IMG/VR virus record: IMGVR_UViG_3300005253_000004
Span: 55,471-119,470 of that record
Length of the DNA: 64,000 nucleotides
Direction: 5' to 3' (one strand)
Source: a virus
Below the pieces are notes generated by a model, which was not told the DNA's origin, made no database searches, and saw only the letters and a program-made list of their open reading frames with translations. How positions within the stretch are numbered: position 1 is the stretch's first letter; the number at the start of each line of letters is the position of its first letter. The position numbers and the translations under genes are program-made. Below, piece by piece: positions 9,305 to 18,707 of this stretch.

Positions 9305-9989
9305 CAGTTGGCTCCCTCATAATCCTGTACTGTTTGGTTGTGACTGCTTGCTTCACCTTGTTGGTGATAGCAGCCTTCGTATCCTTGCCTTTGCCCATGC
9401 CCTCCAGTGCCTCGGCCATCGTGTTCTGCCCTTCGACCAGCTTCTCCATACCCTTAGGCACCCAATCATGGGTGATGACATACCTCATACACGTAGCTAC
9501 GTCGGTCAGCCTTGTGTTGAGCCGCTGCTTTAGCATGTCTATCTTGCCTTGAGGTTGCCCGTCCCTTACCGCTACGAACAACTCTTCACAACAGTCAGCG
9601 AAGCTATCAAGCCCGGTGATATCCTGTCGTAGCTTGCGTGTACTTCGGTACTCCTGCTTACAGGGCGCACACACTACGATGAGGTTGTCAGGTCGTGCCT
9701 CACCACCCACCTTGAGTGGTACGTAGAACATCAGCCGTGCTGCGTTCAACGTCGCCCTGCCTAGATAGCTGAGGCGTGTGTCGCAGAACACACACTTGCC
9801 ACGGTACTGGTGGAAGCACGCTTCTGCGTCTGACACCTTGATCTTTTCATACGTCTGCCATAGCTTGTCCTTCCCTGTCACCTTGGAGTACGCCTTCTCT
9901 ATCTCGTTGTTGATCTCCTCTATGCCGTGCTTCAGGAAGGGTGTGTTCAACCTCTTAGGTACACGCCTTGTCCGTTTCTTAGCCTCCAT
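9297..9989 (-). CDS. HNH-fold protein, catalytic His apparently lost
   Basis: CVFC...MFYVPLKVGGEARPDNLIVVCAPC resembles HNH_5 but lacks the DH and C-terminal N. Confidence 0.6.
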   Translation of the reverse strand: MEAKKRTRRVPKRLNTPFLKHGIEEINNEIEKAYSKVTGKDKLWQTYEKIKVSDAEACFHQYRGKCVFCDTRLSYLGRATLNAARLMFYVPLKVGGEARPDNLIVVCAPCKQEYRSTRKLRQDITGLDSFADCCEELFVAVRDGQPQGKIDMLKQRLNTRLTDVATCMRYVITHDWVPKGMEKLVEGQNTMAEALEGMGKGKDTKAAITNKVKQAVTTKQYRIMREPTDE

Positions 9990-10326
9990 ACTGTAGTACC
10001 TCCCAGTTCTGAAACTTCCACACCGCTATCATGCCCTCGGGTATCTCTTTGGTGCAGCGCCAGCAATGTGAGCTGTCGTCGGGGTATACCACTACTTGAT
10101 ACACGTAGTTACCTCTCTTATGTGGGTAAGGTTCCTGCCCCTCGTACCCATTAGGGTAACACACATGCTTGAGCAGCGAGTAGTATTTACTCCGACTTGA
10201 CCTGAAGCTTTGTCCTTCTTCCGGCTGACGTAGCTTTTCGATAGTCCAGTCTCCATCGTTAAGTAGCACTTCCGCATCAGCTTGCGCGTCTCGCGCTGCC
10301 ATGTAGTTAACGAAGGGCTTAATCAT
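9979..10326 (-). CDS. small Zn-finger paralog family member
   Basis: DGDWTI...KHVC...CWRCTKEIPEGMIAVWKFQNW. Confidence 0.8.
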   Translation of the reverse strand: MIKPFVNYMAARDAQADAEVLLNDGDWTIEKLRQPEEGQSFRSSRSKYYSLLKHVCYPNGYEGQEPYPHKRGNYVYQVVVYPDDSSHCWRCTKEIPEGMIAVWKFQNWEVLQYGG

Positions 10327-10328
10327 AC

Positions 10329-10571
10329 CTATACCTTTGCGTCGTGCAACACATCCGTTCCAGCATGGACGACCAGCTCAAGCTGTGTTGCATTGAGGAA
10401 CACACCAGCTTCATCTACGTCCTCGTTCAACTTGGAGTGGATTACTACTAGGTAGTTGCCCAACTTACTTGAGTAATAAATCACTACCTTCTCTGCTCCG
10501 TTGAAGTTCTCCGATGTAGCCTTGTGGTTGTACCCAGGGGGTACTTCGTACTTGTTAATGTCACCCATCAT
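10329..10571 (-). CDS. hypothetical protein
   Basis: 80-aa ORF coupled to upstream gene. Confidence 0.55.
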   Translation of the reverse strand: MMGDINKYEVPPGYNHKATSENFNGAEKVVIYYSSKLGNYLVVIHSKLNEDVDEAGVFLNATQLELVVHAGTDVLHDAKV

Positions 10572-11002
10572 GCACCTCTTTTGAACGGTTTGTGTAATGA
10601 AGTTGAATGAATACCTGCTGGTTTGTTACAATCACACTGATCGAAGTCGGAGTCACCTTCCTCTGGTTCGATTTCTATAGGGCAATGACAATCCTCAACG
10701 ATTGACCCTTTGTCGAACTCCATCGTCCTGTACTTCAGGTCAACGTCACCGTTTTCTTCGATCTTCTCGTCCTCATAAGGCGCAGCCTTCTGTCTGTCGA
10801 ACTCAGCGATAGTACCAAGGAGCACACCTCTGATACTTGCAATGGTATCATAGCACGGGACACTTTTGAACCATCGAGCTACGATCATGTAGATCACATA
10901 GGTAACGTGCCCTGCCGAATACCCGTGCTCATCCAGTACGAGGCATAGATCATCTAGCCTCTCATCATACTCTTGCCTATAATCTTGTGTGATATACGGC
11001 AT
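10568..11002 (-). CDS. conserved phage hypothetical protein (MPYI...PYEDxKIxENGD type)
   Basis: MPYI start, GHVTY, APYEDEKIEENGDV. Confidence 0.7.
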   Translation of the reverse strand: MPYITQDYRQEYDERLDDLCLVLDEHGYSAGHVTYVIYMIVARWFKSVPCYDTIASIRGVLLGTIAEFDRQKAAPYEDEKIEENGDVDLKYRTMEFDKGSIVEDCHCPIEIEPEEGDSDFDQCDCNKPAGIHSTSLHKPFKRGA

Positions 11003-11325
11003 TAGATATAGTTACCTCCTATGTTTGCTTGCTTGGTGTCTGCTGGTGGTGCCGGTGCCGCTGCCCTCGCTGCCATAGCCTGAAGGTCTGTCATGCTGAT
11101 TGGTCTCCCGCCAGCACCAGCGCCACCCATCAGAGCGGACAAGGGTATCCCAAAGGCACCCTCCTCACTGTCATCCTCGCTTACTTTTTCTGTCACCGTC
11201 TTGATGTTGTTGTAGATCACCACCAGCATCACCAGTATGCCGGTAACAATTACACCAGCACCGAAGCCGAGCAGTCCTGCCATGATCCAGGTATTTAGTG
11301 CTACCACAGTCGTTTGACCTCCCAT
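11002..11325 (-). CDS. membrane protein
   Basis: N-terminal hydrophobic helix. Confidence 0.6.
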   Translation of the reverse strand: MGGQTTVVALNTWIMAGLLGFGAGVIVTGILVMLVVIYNNIKTVTEKVSEDDSEEGAFGIPLSALMGGAGAGGRPISMTDLQAMAARAAAPAPPADTKQANIGGNYI

Positions 11326-12563
11326 AGATCCTTGATTTTAGCCAAGGCTGTCTTTTCAATCTTTCGTATGCTTTCTCTGCTGTAATCCTTACCACCGTAC
11401 ACTGACATAAGCAGCGGGCCTATCTCCTTCAGTGCCTTAGGCACCCTGTCCGCTGGATCATGGAAGTATCGAAGTGATATGATCTGGAACTCTATCGTAT
11501 CTAGGTTGTCTTGAAGTAACTCAAGCAGTTGCTCCTTCCTATCCTGTGTTTGGATCAGCTCCGTGACATCGGGGTCATCGTTGCTAAGCATCTCACCGAT
11601 GGTGGTAGGGTTGTTCTTATTACGGTTAAAGGGTTGATCCAAGTGGATGTAGTTGCTCATGAGTATCTTAATGAGTTCGTCTATCTCTTTAACTGTGAAG
11701 GTATTGCTGTCTACCAAGACACCCTTCTCTTTTTGAATCTTGTTCGCCTCGTTGGTCAGTGCATACAAGTTAAGGTTGTCACTCTCCAGCAGCTCATACG
11801 CCTTGACTACGATGAGTATCCTACCCATTTTGTTTCGAGGTACACGCACCAACCTACTGTTGTTCAGTATCCATTCCTGTATCAATCGCTCGCCTCTGCT
11901 GTAGGCGTAGGTACATAGCTTCACTCGCTTCCCTTCAGGTGTTTGGAAGCAAGGATCATACTTGCGTATGGATTCAAGGAAGTACATCTGTACCTCTTGC
12001 ACCGCATCGTTTTCATCAACACTCAAGATGCTAGATGAACTGCTGTTTGCTATCTCATGTGCTGCCATGAGCATGGAGCGGAGCAGCGTGTCCTCTATCT
12101 TCGCTACCTCAGCCTGCATACGGGCTAGGATCTTGGTGGGAGTCACTAGCTTCACCATCTCAGAGTAGCAGTACTCGGAGGGTAGCATATCAAAGATGAA
12201 GTGACTTGCTGCTCGATGCCCAGCAGGGTTACGTGTTCCTAGGCGCTGAAGTATACCCTCCATCTCTGTTTCTAGCTGAGCACTTAGCCCCTTCACTCTG
12301 GTATTGAAGCGAGCACACAGCTTGGCTACTGATCGGCCTTCTGCCTTTGTTTGCCGGTATAGATCTAGGTACCATTGCCTGCACTTTCTCTTGGAGAGGA
12401 TGTACATGCGTAGCTTTTGTCGTGCTATCGTGTACTCGTAGACCAGTCTGATCTCTTCTCCTTCGGTGAGGTATACTTGGTTGCGTCCTACCTCCTGATA
12501 CTGTCGATACTTGTAGTGGTTCTTGTGACTGTCGTACTGCCCTGTATCAGCGTTCACACTCAT
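11301..12563 (-). CDS. phage-encoded sigma70-family RNA polymerase sigma factor
   Basis: region 2 DAVQE...IRKYDP...KLCTYAY...SRLVRVP, region 3 HLDQP, region 4 IISLRY...SRESIRKIEKTALAKI. Confidence 0.85.
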   Translation of the reverse strand: MSVNADTGQYDSHKNHYKYRQYQEVGRNQVYLTEGEEIRLVYEYTIARQKLRMYILSKRKCRQWYLDLYRQTKAEGRSVAKLCARFNTRVKGLSAQLETEMEGILQRLGTRNPAGHRAASHFIFDMLPSEYCYSEMVKLVTPTKILARMQAEVAKIEDTLLRSMLMAAHEIANSSSSSILSVDENDAVQEVQMYFLESIRKYDPCFQTPEGKRVKLCTYAYSRGERLIQEWILNNSRLVRVPRNKMGRILIVVKAYELLESDNLNLYALTNEANKIQKEKGVLVDSNTFTVKEIDELIKILMSNYIHLDQPFNRNKNNPTTIGEMLSNDDPDVTELIQTQDRKEQLLELLQDNLDTIEFQIISLRYFHDPADRVPKALKEIGPLLMSVYGGKDYSRESIRKIEKTALAKIKDLWEVKRLW

Positions 12564-13573
12564 AGTTTAATCCTATTGACTTTGGAGTCAAGTTTGTACC
12601 AGCTATCCAACTTTTGTTTGTTATCCCAATCCTCTTTGTTTGTGATAATGCCTTTTACAAACACACCTTCCGAGGTTCGGAGGATAGCGCCGGTTCTCTC
12701 ATATCTGGTGGCGTTGAGCGAATACCTGTTCTTCTTGATTGTCAATCCTTTGTACTCTGGAGGTACCCTCGTCGTGAGTGCATTACATGTCTCATTCCAG
12801 GTATCCCGAGCATCAAGGTAACCCTTAGCTCGACTGTCGAGCGAACTATCAAGCAGTTCTGGATAAGGAACCAGTGTTTGAATGGTGCAATCCGGACTGC
12901 CACCGGCGTAAATGGAACAATCTTCAAGCTTGTACCCGTGCTCAAGTGGATTAACAGGGCCACTAAGTACCTTGAGGATAGAGTCATCTAACGCAGGTGG
13001 TTGGAACCCAACAGGCTGCTTGTGTGCCCACCAGATACCACACAGTTGTACTGCTCCCGGCGGATCCTTTATCAGTTCTTTAGCTTCGCTGATGGTGGCT
13101 GCCCTTGCTGGGATCGCATCCAACTCACTGAATGTGTTGACACCTTCCCATAGCACTACAGCATCTTTGACCCCCTTCTTTCTGTATAGGAGGTAGGGTT
13201 TGTCTCCTATCTCAATGAGCATTTCATTATCATTGAAATCAATGACACCTGAGGCTAGGAGTTCACCGTCAGCCTCGTTTAGCACTGTAGCAGGTAGCTT
13301 GGGTGAGGGGTAGGTGTCCAGTACTTTATTCATTCTGTATGTAAAGCAACTCGTATTATGCGAATGAAAGAAACTCACACGCTCTTTAGCGGTGTCTAGG
13401 TTGATGGCAATGAGGTCATTGCCACTAGGTCTACCATAATTAGTCGTTGCTCGCACCAGTACCTTACAATGGTCACCATCAAGCACACGGTAGGTACCAT
13501 GCACTCTCTTCCTTCCAAGCTTGCCCTGTAGGAAGGCTTGAATGAAAGTAATCGTTGTCCATTTAGTAGCCAT
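12560..13573 (-). CDS. hypothetical protein
   Basis: long ORF; start set at MATKW after GGAGG. Confidence 0.7.
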   Translation of the reverse strand: MATKWTTITFIQAFLQGKLGRKRVHGTYRVLDGDHCKVLVRATTNYGRPSGNDLIAINLDTAKERVSFFHSHNTSCFTYRMNKVLDTYPSPKLPATVLNEADGELLASGVIDFNDNEMLIEIGDKPYLLYRKKGVKDAVVLWEGVNTFSELDAIPARAATISEAKELIKDPPGAVQLCGIWWAHKQPVGFQPPALDDSILKVLSGPVNPLEHGYKLEDCSIYAGGSPDCTIQTLVPYPELLDSSLDSRAKGYLDARDTWNETCNALTTRVPPEYKGLTIKKNRYSLNATRYERTGAILRTSEGVFVKGIITNKEDWDNKQKLDSWYKLDSKVNRIKL

Positions 13574-13574
13574 T

Positions 13575-13805
13575 CTATCTACCTCCGATTTCAACGGTGG
13601 GCTCATCCGGCTGATGCTCAGCACCACACGCTATGCACACTAGCACCTCGGAATTTTCCTTAGTTTCCGTGGGGTTGAACCATTTGGTCAGCTCTACCTG
13701 TGTCTCTTTCGGCTTGTTGTTTTTCTTCTCGTCCGTTGTACCTCCGCAGAAGTGGGTTACTTTCTCATCCATTGAAAACCAATCACTAAGCACAGCTTCA
13801 CTCAT
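13575..13805 (-). CDS. possible divergent Zn-finger family member
   Basis: THFC...CIACGAEHQP, lacks the C-terminal helix. Confidence 0.55.
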   Translation of the reverse strand: MSEAVLSDWFSMDEKVTHFCGGTTDEKKNNKPKETQVELTKWFNPTETKENSEVLVCIACGAEHQPDEPTVEIGGR

Positions 13806-14206
13806 GTCAACTCCTGTTGTCCTTTCCATTCGGCTATGGCTGCTAGTACCTGCTCTCTGTCAATCGACTCAGGTTCTATCGCTGAGTCGTTCCAGATGTC
13901 TCGGAGATGCCCGTTGTAGACAAAATCTAGGATTTCATTCGAAGGGTCCACGAAGTACTCATCGTCCGTGGCTTTGTTGTAGTTGAGCAAACTAAACCCT
14001 GAGATCATGCTGTTGGGTATACCAGCACCACAACAGCGACACATCGGAAACTCACGGTTCAAGTTTACGATGTAGGCATCACCCTCACGGCCGCTGAAGC
14101 GGCAGTTGTGCAGGATGACGGGTCCCTCGTCCGTGGGGTGGTCCTCAAGCTGCCAGTCTCCATCGACTTGAAGGACTTCACCTGTACCAGGTTCATTTCT
14201 ACTCAT
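13802..14206 (-). CDS. small Zn-finger paralog family member with C-terminal extension
   Basis: DGDWQL...LHNC...CRCCGAGIPNSMISGFSLLNY. Confidence 0.8.
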   Translation of the reverse strand: MSRNEPGTGEVLQVDGDWQLEDHPTDEGPVILHNCRFSGREGDAYIVNLNREFPMCRCCGAGIPNSMISGFSLLNYNKATDDEYFVDPSNEILDFVYNGHLRDIWNDSAIEPESIDREQVLAAIAEWKGQQELT

Positions 14207-14496
14207 TTCATTATGTCCCCATTCTGTAGCTTGAACAACGCCACGATACTAGGTGGCATTCGCTCAGCGCAGTAAGGACACGCTGTCTTATTACTGTGAT
14301 GCTCTATCAGCATCCGACAAGGAGCGCTAGACACTTTACAGTCGTGTGATATGACTGACTGCCATCCCTCTGTGTCAGCCCAAGAGGTGGGGTGGGGCTT
14401 GTGTAGCCCCCACTTTCCTTCCTCGAATAGAACTTCAGTCGCCTTGATGGCTTCCTTGTGACTGTCTGCCTTCAATGAAAGACCAGAGAGGCTCAC
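14203..14496 (-). CDS. small Zn-finger paralog family member
   Basis: EEGKWGL...SHDC...CPYCAERMPPSIVALFKL. Confidence 0.8.
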   Translation of the reverse strand: MSLSGLSLKADSHKEAIKATEVLFEEGKWGLHKPHPTSWADTEGWQSVISHDCKVSSAPCRMLIEHHSNKTACPYCAERMPPSIVALFKLQNGDIMK

Positions 14497-15710
14497 AACG
14501 TCAGGTCCACCTTGACCTTGGTTCCGAACGGCACGCTATGCCCCTCGTATCCAGGTGGGTGAGCCCAGAGTACTGGGAACTCAGGCGGTATCGGAGGGAA
14601 CGATGTCTCTAGGTCAGTGAAGGCGATCACCATACCTACCTTGTCACGGCTTTCTTCCACCTTCTCAAAGACATCAACGTGTGAGGTGCCACCCCGTGTG
14701 GCCTTGATCTTCTTGATGGTGTTGAGGTCATACTCTTCTACGTGGTAGCACTCAACGTCATGGAAGTAGATCTTGAGGAACTGACACCCTGTCTCTCTCA
14801 GGATACCGGAGCATTCCGATACGAACTGAGACAGGTTGTCATCACTGATAGACCCAGAGGTGTCGATCATTATGATGGCACCGTTGGGGCTACGTGTCCT
14901 TGAAGGGAGCTTCATCCCGAATGCACGGGACCGCCTGTTGTCACGATGGTAGCTGTATCTACCACGGAACATCGAGGTAGCCTGCCTTCGGAGGTACTCC
15001 TTCCATGTTACGCTGGGTCTGCGGATATCAGCCAAGAAATCATCAGCAAATCCAGGGCACTTACCCCTGTTCTTTGCATTGATAGCGGCGGCGATAACGT
15101 GTTGCTTCCACTTCTCCACCGTCTCGCTGTCTATCTTCGCACCATGCAAAGCACCCGAGGTACAGCCACGATCACCAACTTGGCTACCGGGTTTGACATC
15201 AGGGCCTTCGCCCCCTTTCCCGTCTTTGTGCGGGCAATCACCAAAGGCTTTCTGATCCTCTGGGTTTTGGATCAGATGGTAATAGATCTGCTCCGTGGTC
15301 TTGCCTTTGTACTTCTCCATGAGTTCATCGGTGATGTTCTTCTTGCTCACCTTGGACTGTGTCATCCCTGCATCAACGAGGATACTATCCACCTTGATAT
15401 CAGCAGCGATATTCCACACCTGATGGTTGCCGCCGTTAGGAAACCGGACGGTGCATCGCTGAACAAGGTGTAGCACTTCGTGCGCGAGTTCAAACATGAC
15501 TTCTTGGGTCGAAGTCATCTTCTTTATCCAGTCAGGATGGTACCACATGTTACCTTTATGATCCACGCAGGTAGTACCCACCCCTGCTGTCTTACTCTCG
15601 TGGAAAACCATTCGCATTACTAATTCTCCGAAGAAAGGAAAGGCCATCAACAATTGCATGCGGGCCTTAGTTAGTTTCTCTCTCGGATCGTCGGTGTCAA
15701 TCTTCTTCAT
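14493..15710 (-). CDS. HExxH metallopeptidase + VWA domain protein (DUF2201-type)
   Basis: AHEVLH, WNIAAD, MIDAS DTSGS, RGGT, FTD. Confidence 0.88.
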   Translation of the reverse strand: MKKIDTDDPREKLTKARMQLLMAFPFFGELVMRMVFHESKTAGVGTTCVDHKGNMWYHPDWIKKMTSTQEVMFELAHEVLHLVQRCTVRFPNGGNHQVWNIAADIKVDSILVDAGMTQSKVSKKNITDELMEKYKGKTTEQIYYHLIQNPEDQKAFGDCPHKDGKGGEGPDVKPGSQVGDRGCTSGALHGAKIDSETVEKWKQHVIAAAINAKNRGKCPGFADDFLADIRRPSVTWKEYLRRQATSMFRGRYSYHRDNRRSRAFGMKLPSRTRSPNGAIIMIDTSGSISDDNLSQFVSECSGILRETGCQFLKIYFHDVECYHVEEYDLNTIKKIKATRGGTSHVDVFEKVEESRDKVGMVIAFTDLETSFPPIPPEFPVLWAHPPGYEGHSVPFGTKVKVDLTL

Positions 15711-15731
15711 ACTTTACCCTTTCCCTTAGGA

Positions 15732-15871
15732 TTAGCTATCAGACCCTAGTTCAGTTAAAACCCTTAAACTTTTGATCTCAGCGAGGGCCTCTTCACACTC
15801 TTGACGTAGTAGTGAGAGCGCTCTTCCGTCGCTTGTTTGATAAGACCCTCTAGCTTTTCTATGATGTCCAT
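15732..15871 (-). pseudogene. small ORF, possibly frameshifted
   Basis: MDIIEKLEGLIKQATEERSHYYVKS continues in another frame as CEEALAEIKSLRVLTELGSDS across a GTGTG run. Confidence 0.35.
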
Positions 15872-15872
15872 G

Positions 15873-16142
15873 TTACTTCTCCCACTCAAGTAGTTTCTCG
15901 AAGCCTTGCATTTCCTTTGGTGCCTCGGCTCTACACCTCGAACACACAGGCATAAGGACTAGCTGTCTAATCCAGGTCTCTTCGTGTTTGTGATACACCC
16001 TGTAGTAGCTATCACGTCCTGTTATTACTGTCCCAACTCTATCATATCCAACTCTATCATATAGCTCATAAAGCCTCCACTGTTCTGTCTCATCCTCAAC
16101 GACTATCTTAGGGACATTGGGTACCTCTTTACCTTGTCTCAT
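15873..16142 (-). CDS. small Zn-finger paralog family member (HxH variant)
   Basis: EQWRL...YHKH...CSRCRAEAPKEMQGFEKLLEW. Confidence 0.8.
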   Translation of the reverse strand: MRQGKEVPNVPKIVVEDETEQWRLYELYDRVGYDRVGTVITGRDSYYRVYHKHEETWIRQLVLMPVCSRCRAEAPKEMQGFEKLLEWEK

Positions 16143-16378
16143 ACCTTTCCTCTATCCCATGACATTAGGTTCATAAAGCCTTGCATCTCCTTTGGTGGTA
16201 GCTCACCACAAGTATTGCATGAACCAGGGTGCCAATCCTCAGCGTAGTCGCGATCACAACGTGACCAAGACCCTCTGTGGCCACCAACTCTACTATGCCA
16301 GTGCATAATATAGAGGAGGCCTGACCCCGATGTTGCTGTGTGTAGCCTCCAATCACCTTGTCGTACCAAGGCAGGCAC
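16139..16378 (-). CDS. small Zn-finger paralog family member (HxH variant)
   Basis: QGDWRL...MHWH...CNTCGELPPKEMQGFMNLMSW. Confidence 0.8.
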   Translation of the reverse strand: MPALVRQGDWRLHTATSGSGLLYIMHWHSRVGGHRGSWSRCDRDYAEDWHPGSCNTCGELPPKEMQGFMNLMSWDRGKV

Positions 16379-16379
16379 G

Positions 16380-16637
16380 TTACCGCTTCCAATTCGTAAG
16401 GTTCAGAAACCCTTGTGTCTCAATAGGGACAGGCTCAGAACAATCCTGACAGTGGGTTGGACCACACCTAGCTAAGTACGGAGGTCCGTTACGACCACCA
16501 CCATACCTATCATCATGCCTATGCCACACGGCATAGTAATCGGTGGGGCTCTTACATATAACCCACTCATCCTTGTCTAGCACCACCTCAGATTGTGACC
16601 AAGGTAGTGTATAGTACAGAGCCACAGTGTTTGCCAT
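16380..16637 (-). CDS. small Zn-finger paralog family member (HxH variant)
   Basis: KDEWVI...WHRH...CQDCSEPVPIETQGFLNLTNW; start set at MANTV. Confidence 0.8.
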   Translation of the reverse strand: MANTVALYYTLPWSQSEVVLDKDEWVICKSPTDYYAVWHRHDDRYGGGRNGPPYLARCGPTHCQDCSEPVPIETQGFLNLTNWKR

Positions 16638-16638
16638 C

Positions 16639-17787
16639 CTATGTTCCACTGTTAGCGAGGTACGAGCCGTACTCAGCATACATTAGTTTGAAGTATTTAT
16701 TCTTAGCTGCCTTCACCCTGTCCGCCTCACTCAATTTACTGAGTGCGATGATGGTTGCCATCTTGGCGATGAGCAACCCGAACTCAGCCTCCAGCTCGGG
16801 GCGCAGCACATACTGGAGTGCCTTGCTCCACTTATTCCAGTTCTCCTCGATGTTGATGTGATGCTCAAGTGCAGAGATCGTAGCGTACAACACATCAACC
16901 TCTGTCTTGGGCGGGATCGGAGCGTTCGCCGGGTCCTTGCAGATAACCTCGGGAGCGATCAGCTTGGTCGTGTTGTTGGCGAAGGCAGAGAACGCAATCC
17001 CGACACCCGAACCGATGCAACCAACGGCTGTCTTGTAGAGCCACTCACCTGCGACACCACCCTTCGGATCCATCTTGTACATGGCCTTGCTCATCATCTC
17101 CCAAGTCCTCGGCGTAGCAAAGGCTTTCTCTGCTGCTGCGAGCTTGACCACCTCGGCAAAGGTGTTCAGACATTGAGGCATTCTCCGAATGAAGGCAGTA
17201 ATCAGGGGGTTGATATGGTTATCAATCGCCCACTCCAACCACGAGTCTACGTCTGTCTTGGCGTAGTAATGCTTCATCCGATTAGCTAGAGCCATCGGCA
17301 TCTCAAATGCCGCTGACTTGTCCTCGACCCTGTTCCCCGCAGCTATGATATAGACGTTATCACGGAGCTGAAGGTTCCCTACTTTCTTCTCACCGAACAC
17401 CTTGAAGCAGGCAGCCTGTGTCTGCTCATGCCCTGTCACGATGTCATCAAAGAAGATAACCATCTTCTTCTTCTGCCATTCGGGAGGTGCCTCGGTGCTG
17501 GCATGGTACGCCCAGATGGGAGCGAGGATCCGAGTAGCCACAGCCTCACCCTTGTGCTTGTACTCAAACGGCACACCACTGATATCGGTGGGCTCCGAGC
17601 ATCCAGCGAGAACCAGCACGATCTCATGCGGATCCTCTTTCCTTGAGAACACAGCCTTGGTTGCCTCGGTCTTGCCAATACCGGGAGGACCCCAGATCAT
17701 AGTGGCAAACTCAGGCCCTAGCCTGTACACGATGTCAAGGATCTCACTCACATTCTGCTGGCAGATTTCCTGTCCTGCTGTTCCCAT
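16639..17787 (-). CDS. MoxR-like AAA+ ATPase
   Basis: GPPGIGKT, EPTDISGVP, IFFDD, AAGN, ALANR, TPRTWE. Confidence 0.9.
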   Translation of the reverse strand: MGTAGQEICQQNVSEILDIVYRLGPEFATMIWGPPGIGKTEATKAVFSRKEDPHEIVLVLAGCSEPTDISGVPFEYKHKGEAVATRILAPIWAYHASTEAPPEWQKKKMVIFFDDIVTGHEQTQAACFKVFGEKKVGNLQLRDNVYIIAAGNRVEDKSAAFEMPMALANRMKHYYAKTDVDSWLEWAIDNHINPLITAFIRRMPQCLNTFAEVVKLAAAEKAFATPRTWEMMSKAMYKMDPKGGVAGEWLYKTAVGCIGSGVGIAFSAFANNTTKLIAPEVICKDPANAPIPPKTEVDVLYATISALEHHINIEENWNKWSKALQYVLRPELEAEFGLLIAKMATIIALSKLSEADRVKAAKNKYFKLMYAEYGSYLANSGT

Positions 17788-17788
17788 T

Positions 17789-18031
17789 TTACTTCTCCTC
17801 TTTGGTGTTGTTGTTGAAGCGTGATTCGTCTGCTGCGTCCATGAAACCTACACCACCTGGGGGCATGTTACCCCATAGGTACTCGGTTATTTCTTCTGCG
17901 GTGTCACCAGGTATACCTATAGAAATCACATACCTTTTTACTTGCTCTGGCTTTCGTTTCATTGCGGCCTTTACGAGGTTACTTAGCATGTCTTTAGTCA
18001 TTGCTTTACCCGATGGTTTAAATCTACTCAT
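17789..18031 (-). CDS. hypothetical protein
   Basis: 80-aa ORF with SD, in operon. Confidence 0.55.
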   Translation of the reverse strand: MSRFKPSGKAMTKDMLSNLVKAAMKRKPEQVKRYVISIGIPGDTAEEITEYLWGNMPPGGVGFMDAADESRFNNNTKEEK

Positions 18032-18324
18032 GTTCCTCCTTCGAGCCCCCAGTTTCTTAAGCGTACAACTGCTTGTATCCCATCAGGTACAGGCGCCTCG
18101 CAATGCAAACAAATTGGATCGCAATCTATCTCCCAACAATACTCACCATAGTAGAATTTAGGGTCGCCGGGTGCAGGCTTATTAGGGTTGTAGCTAAGAG
18201 TACACGCTTCATGCGATCCATAAACGTGCTGTGTTCTGTAATCGGTTCCGCTGTCGTGTATGACAGCCCATCCTTCAGACTCAAGGAGCAACTCTTCTTT
18301 GTCTAACAACTCAATTGCCTTCAT
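18028..18324 (-). CDS. small Zn-finger paralog family member (close to 5058-5345)
   Basis: EGWAVI...HEAC...CLHCEAPVPDGIQAVVRLRNW. Confidence 0.8.
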   Translation of the reverse strand: MKAIELLDKEELLLESEGWAVIHDSGTDYRTQHVYGSHEACTLSYNPNKPAPGDPKFYYGEYCWEIDCDPICLHCEAPVPDGIQAVVRLRNWGLEGGT

Positions 18325-18326
18325 GG

Positions 18327-18677
18327 TTACTTCCCCACATCTGAGAGTAGGACGTAGTGTACCAACTCCTTGAAGGCATCACTCATCTCACTCAGTTCTT
18401 TCTGACAGTCACACAGTTCCTCTCCAGGTTCTTCGCTGGAGTCTTTGGAACACGCTGATACCCCTGCTCTACCGTACCTGTGGGAATCCCAATCCTTTGC
18501 TGACACCACCTTGAGGGTGGTCGTGCTGATGCTGTCACCTTCAAAGACATCGAGAATCTTGAGTACAGTGCCGGGTTCAAGCACATCGTTGGTTGTCACG
18601 ACGGCGGGGTAATAGATATACATGGTGTTCGTACCCGGCCTGATCTTCCTCGGTCGCTGTAGTAACGATAGGTTCAT
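18327..18677 (-). CDS. hypothetical protein
   Basis: 116-aa ORF with GGAG SD. Confidence 0.6.
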   Translation of the reverse strand: MNLSLLQRPRKIRPGTNTMYIYYPAVVTTNDVLEPGTVLKILDVFEGDSISTTTLKVVSAKDWDSHRYGRAGVSACSKDSSEEPGEELCDCQKELSEMSDAFKELVHYVLLSDVGK

Positions 18678-18707
18678 TGGTTTTTCTCCATTCGCTCGAC
18701 ATACAGC

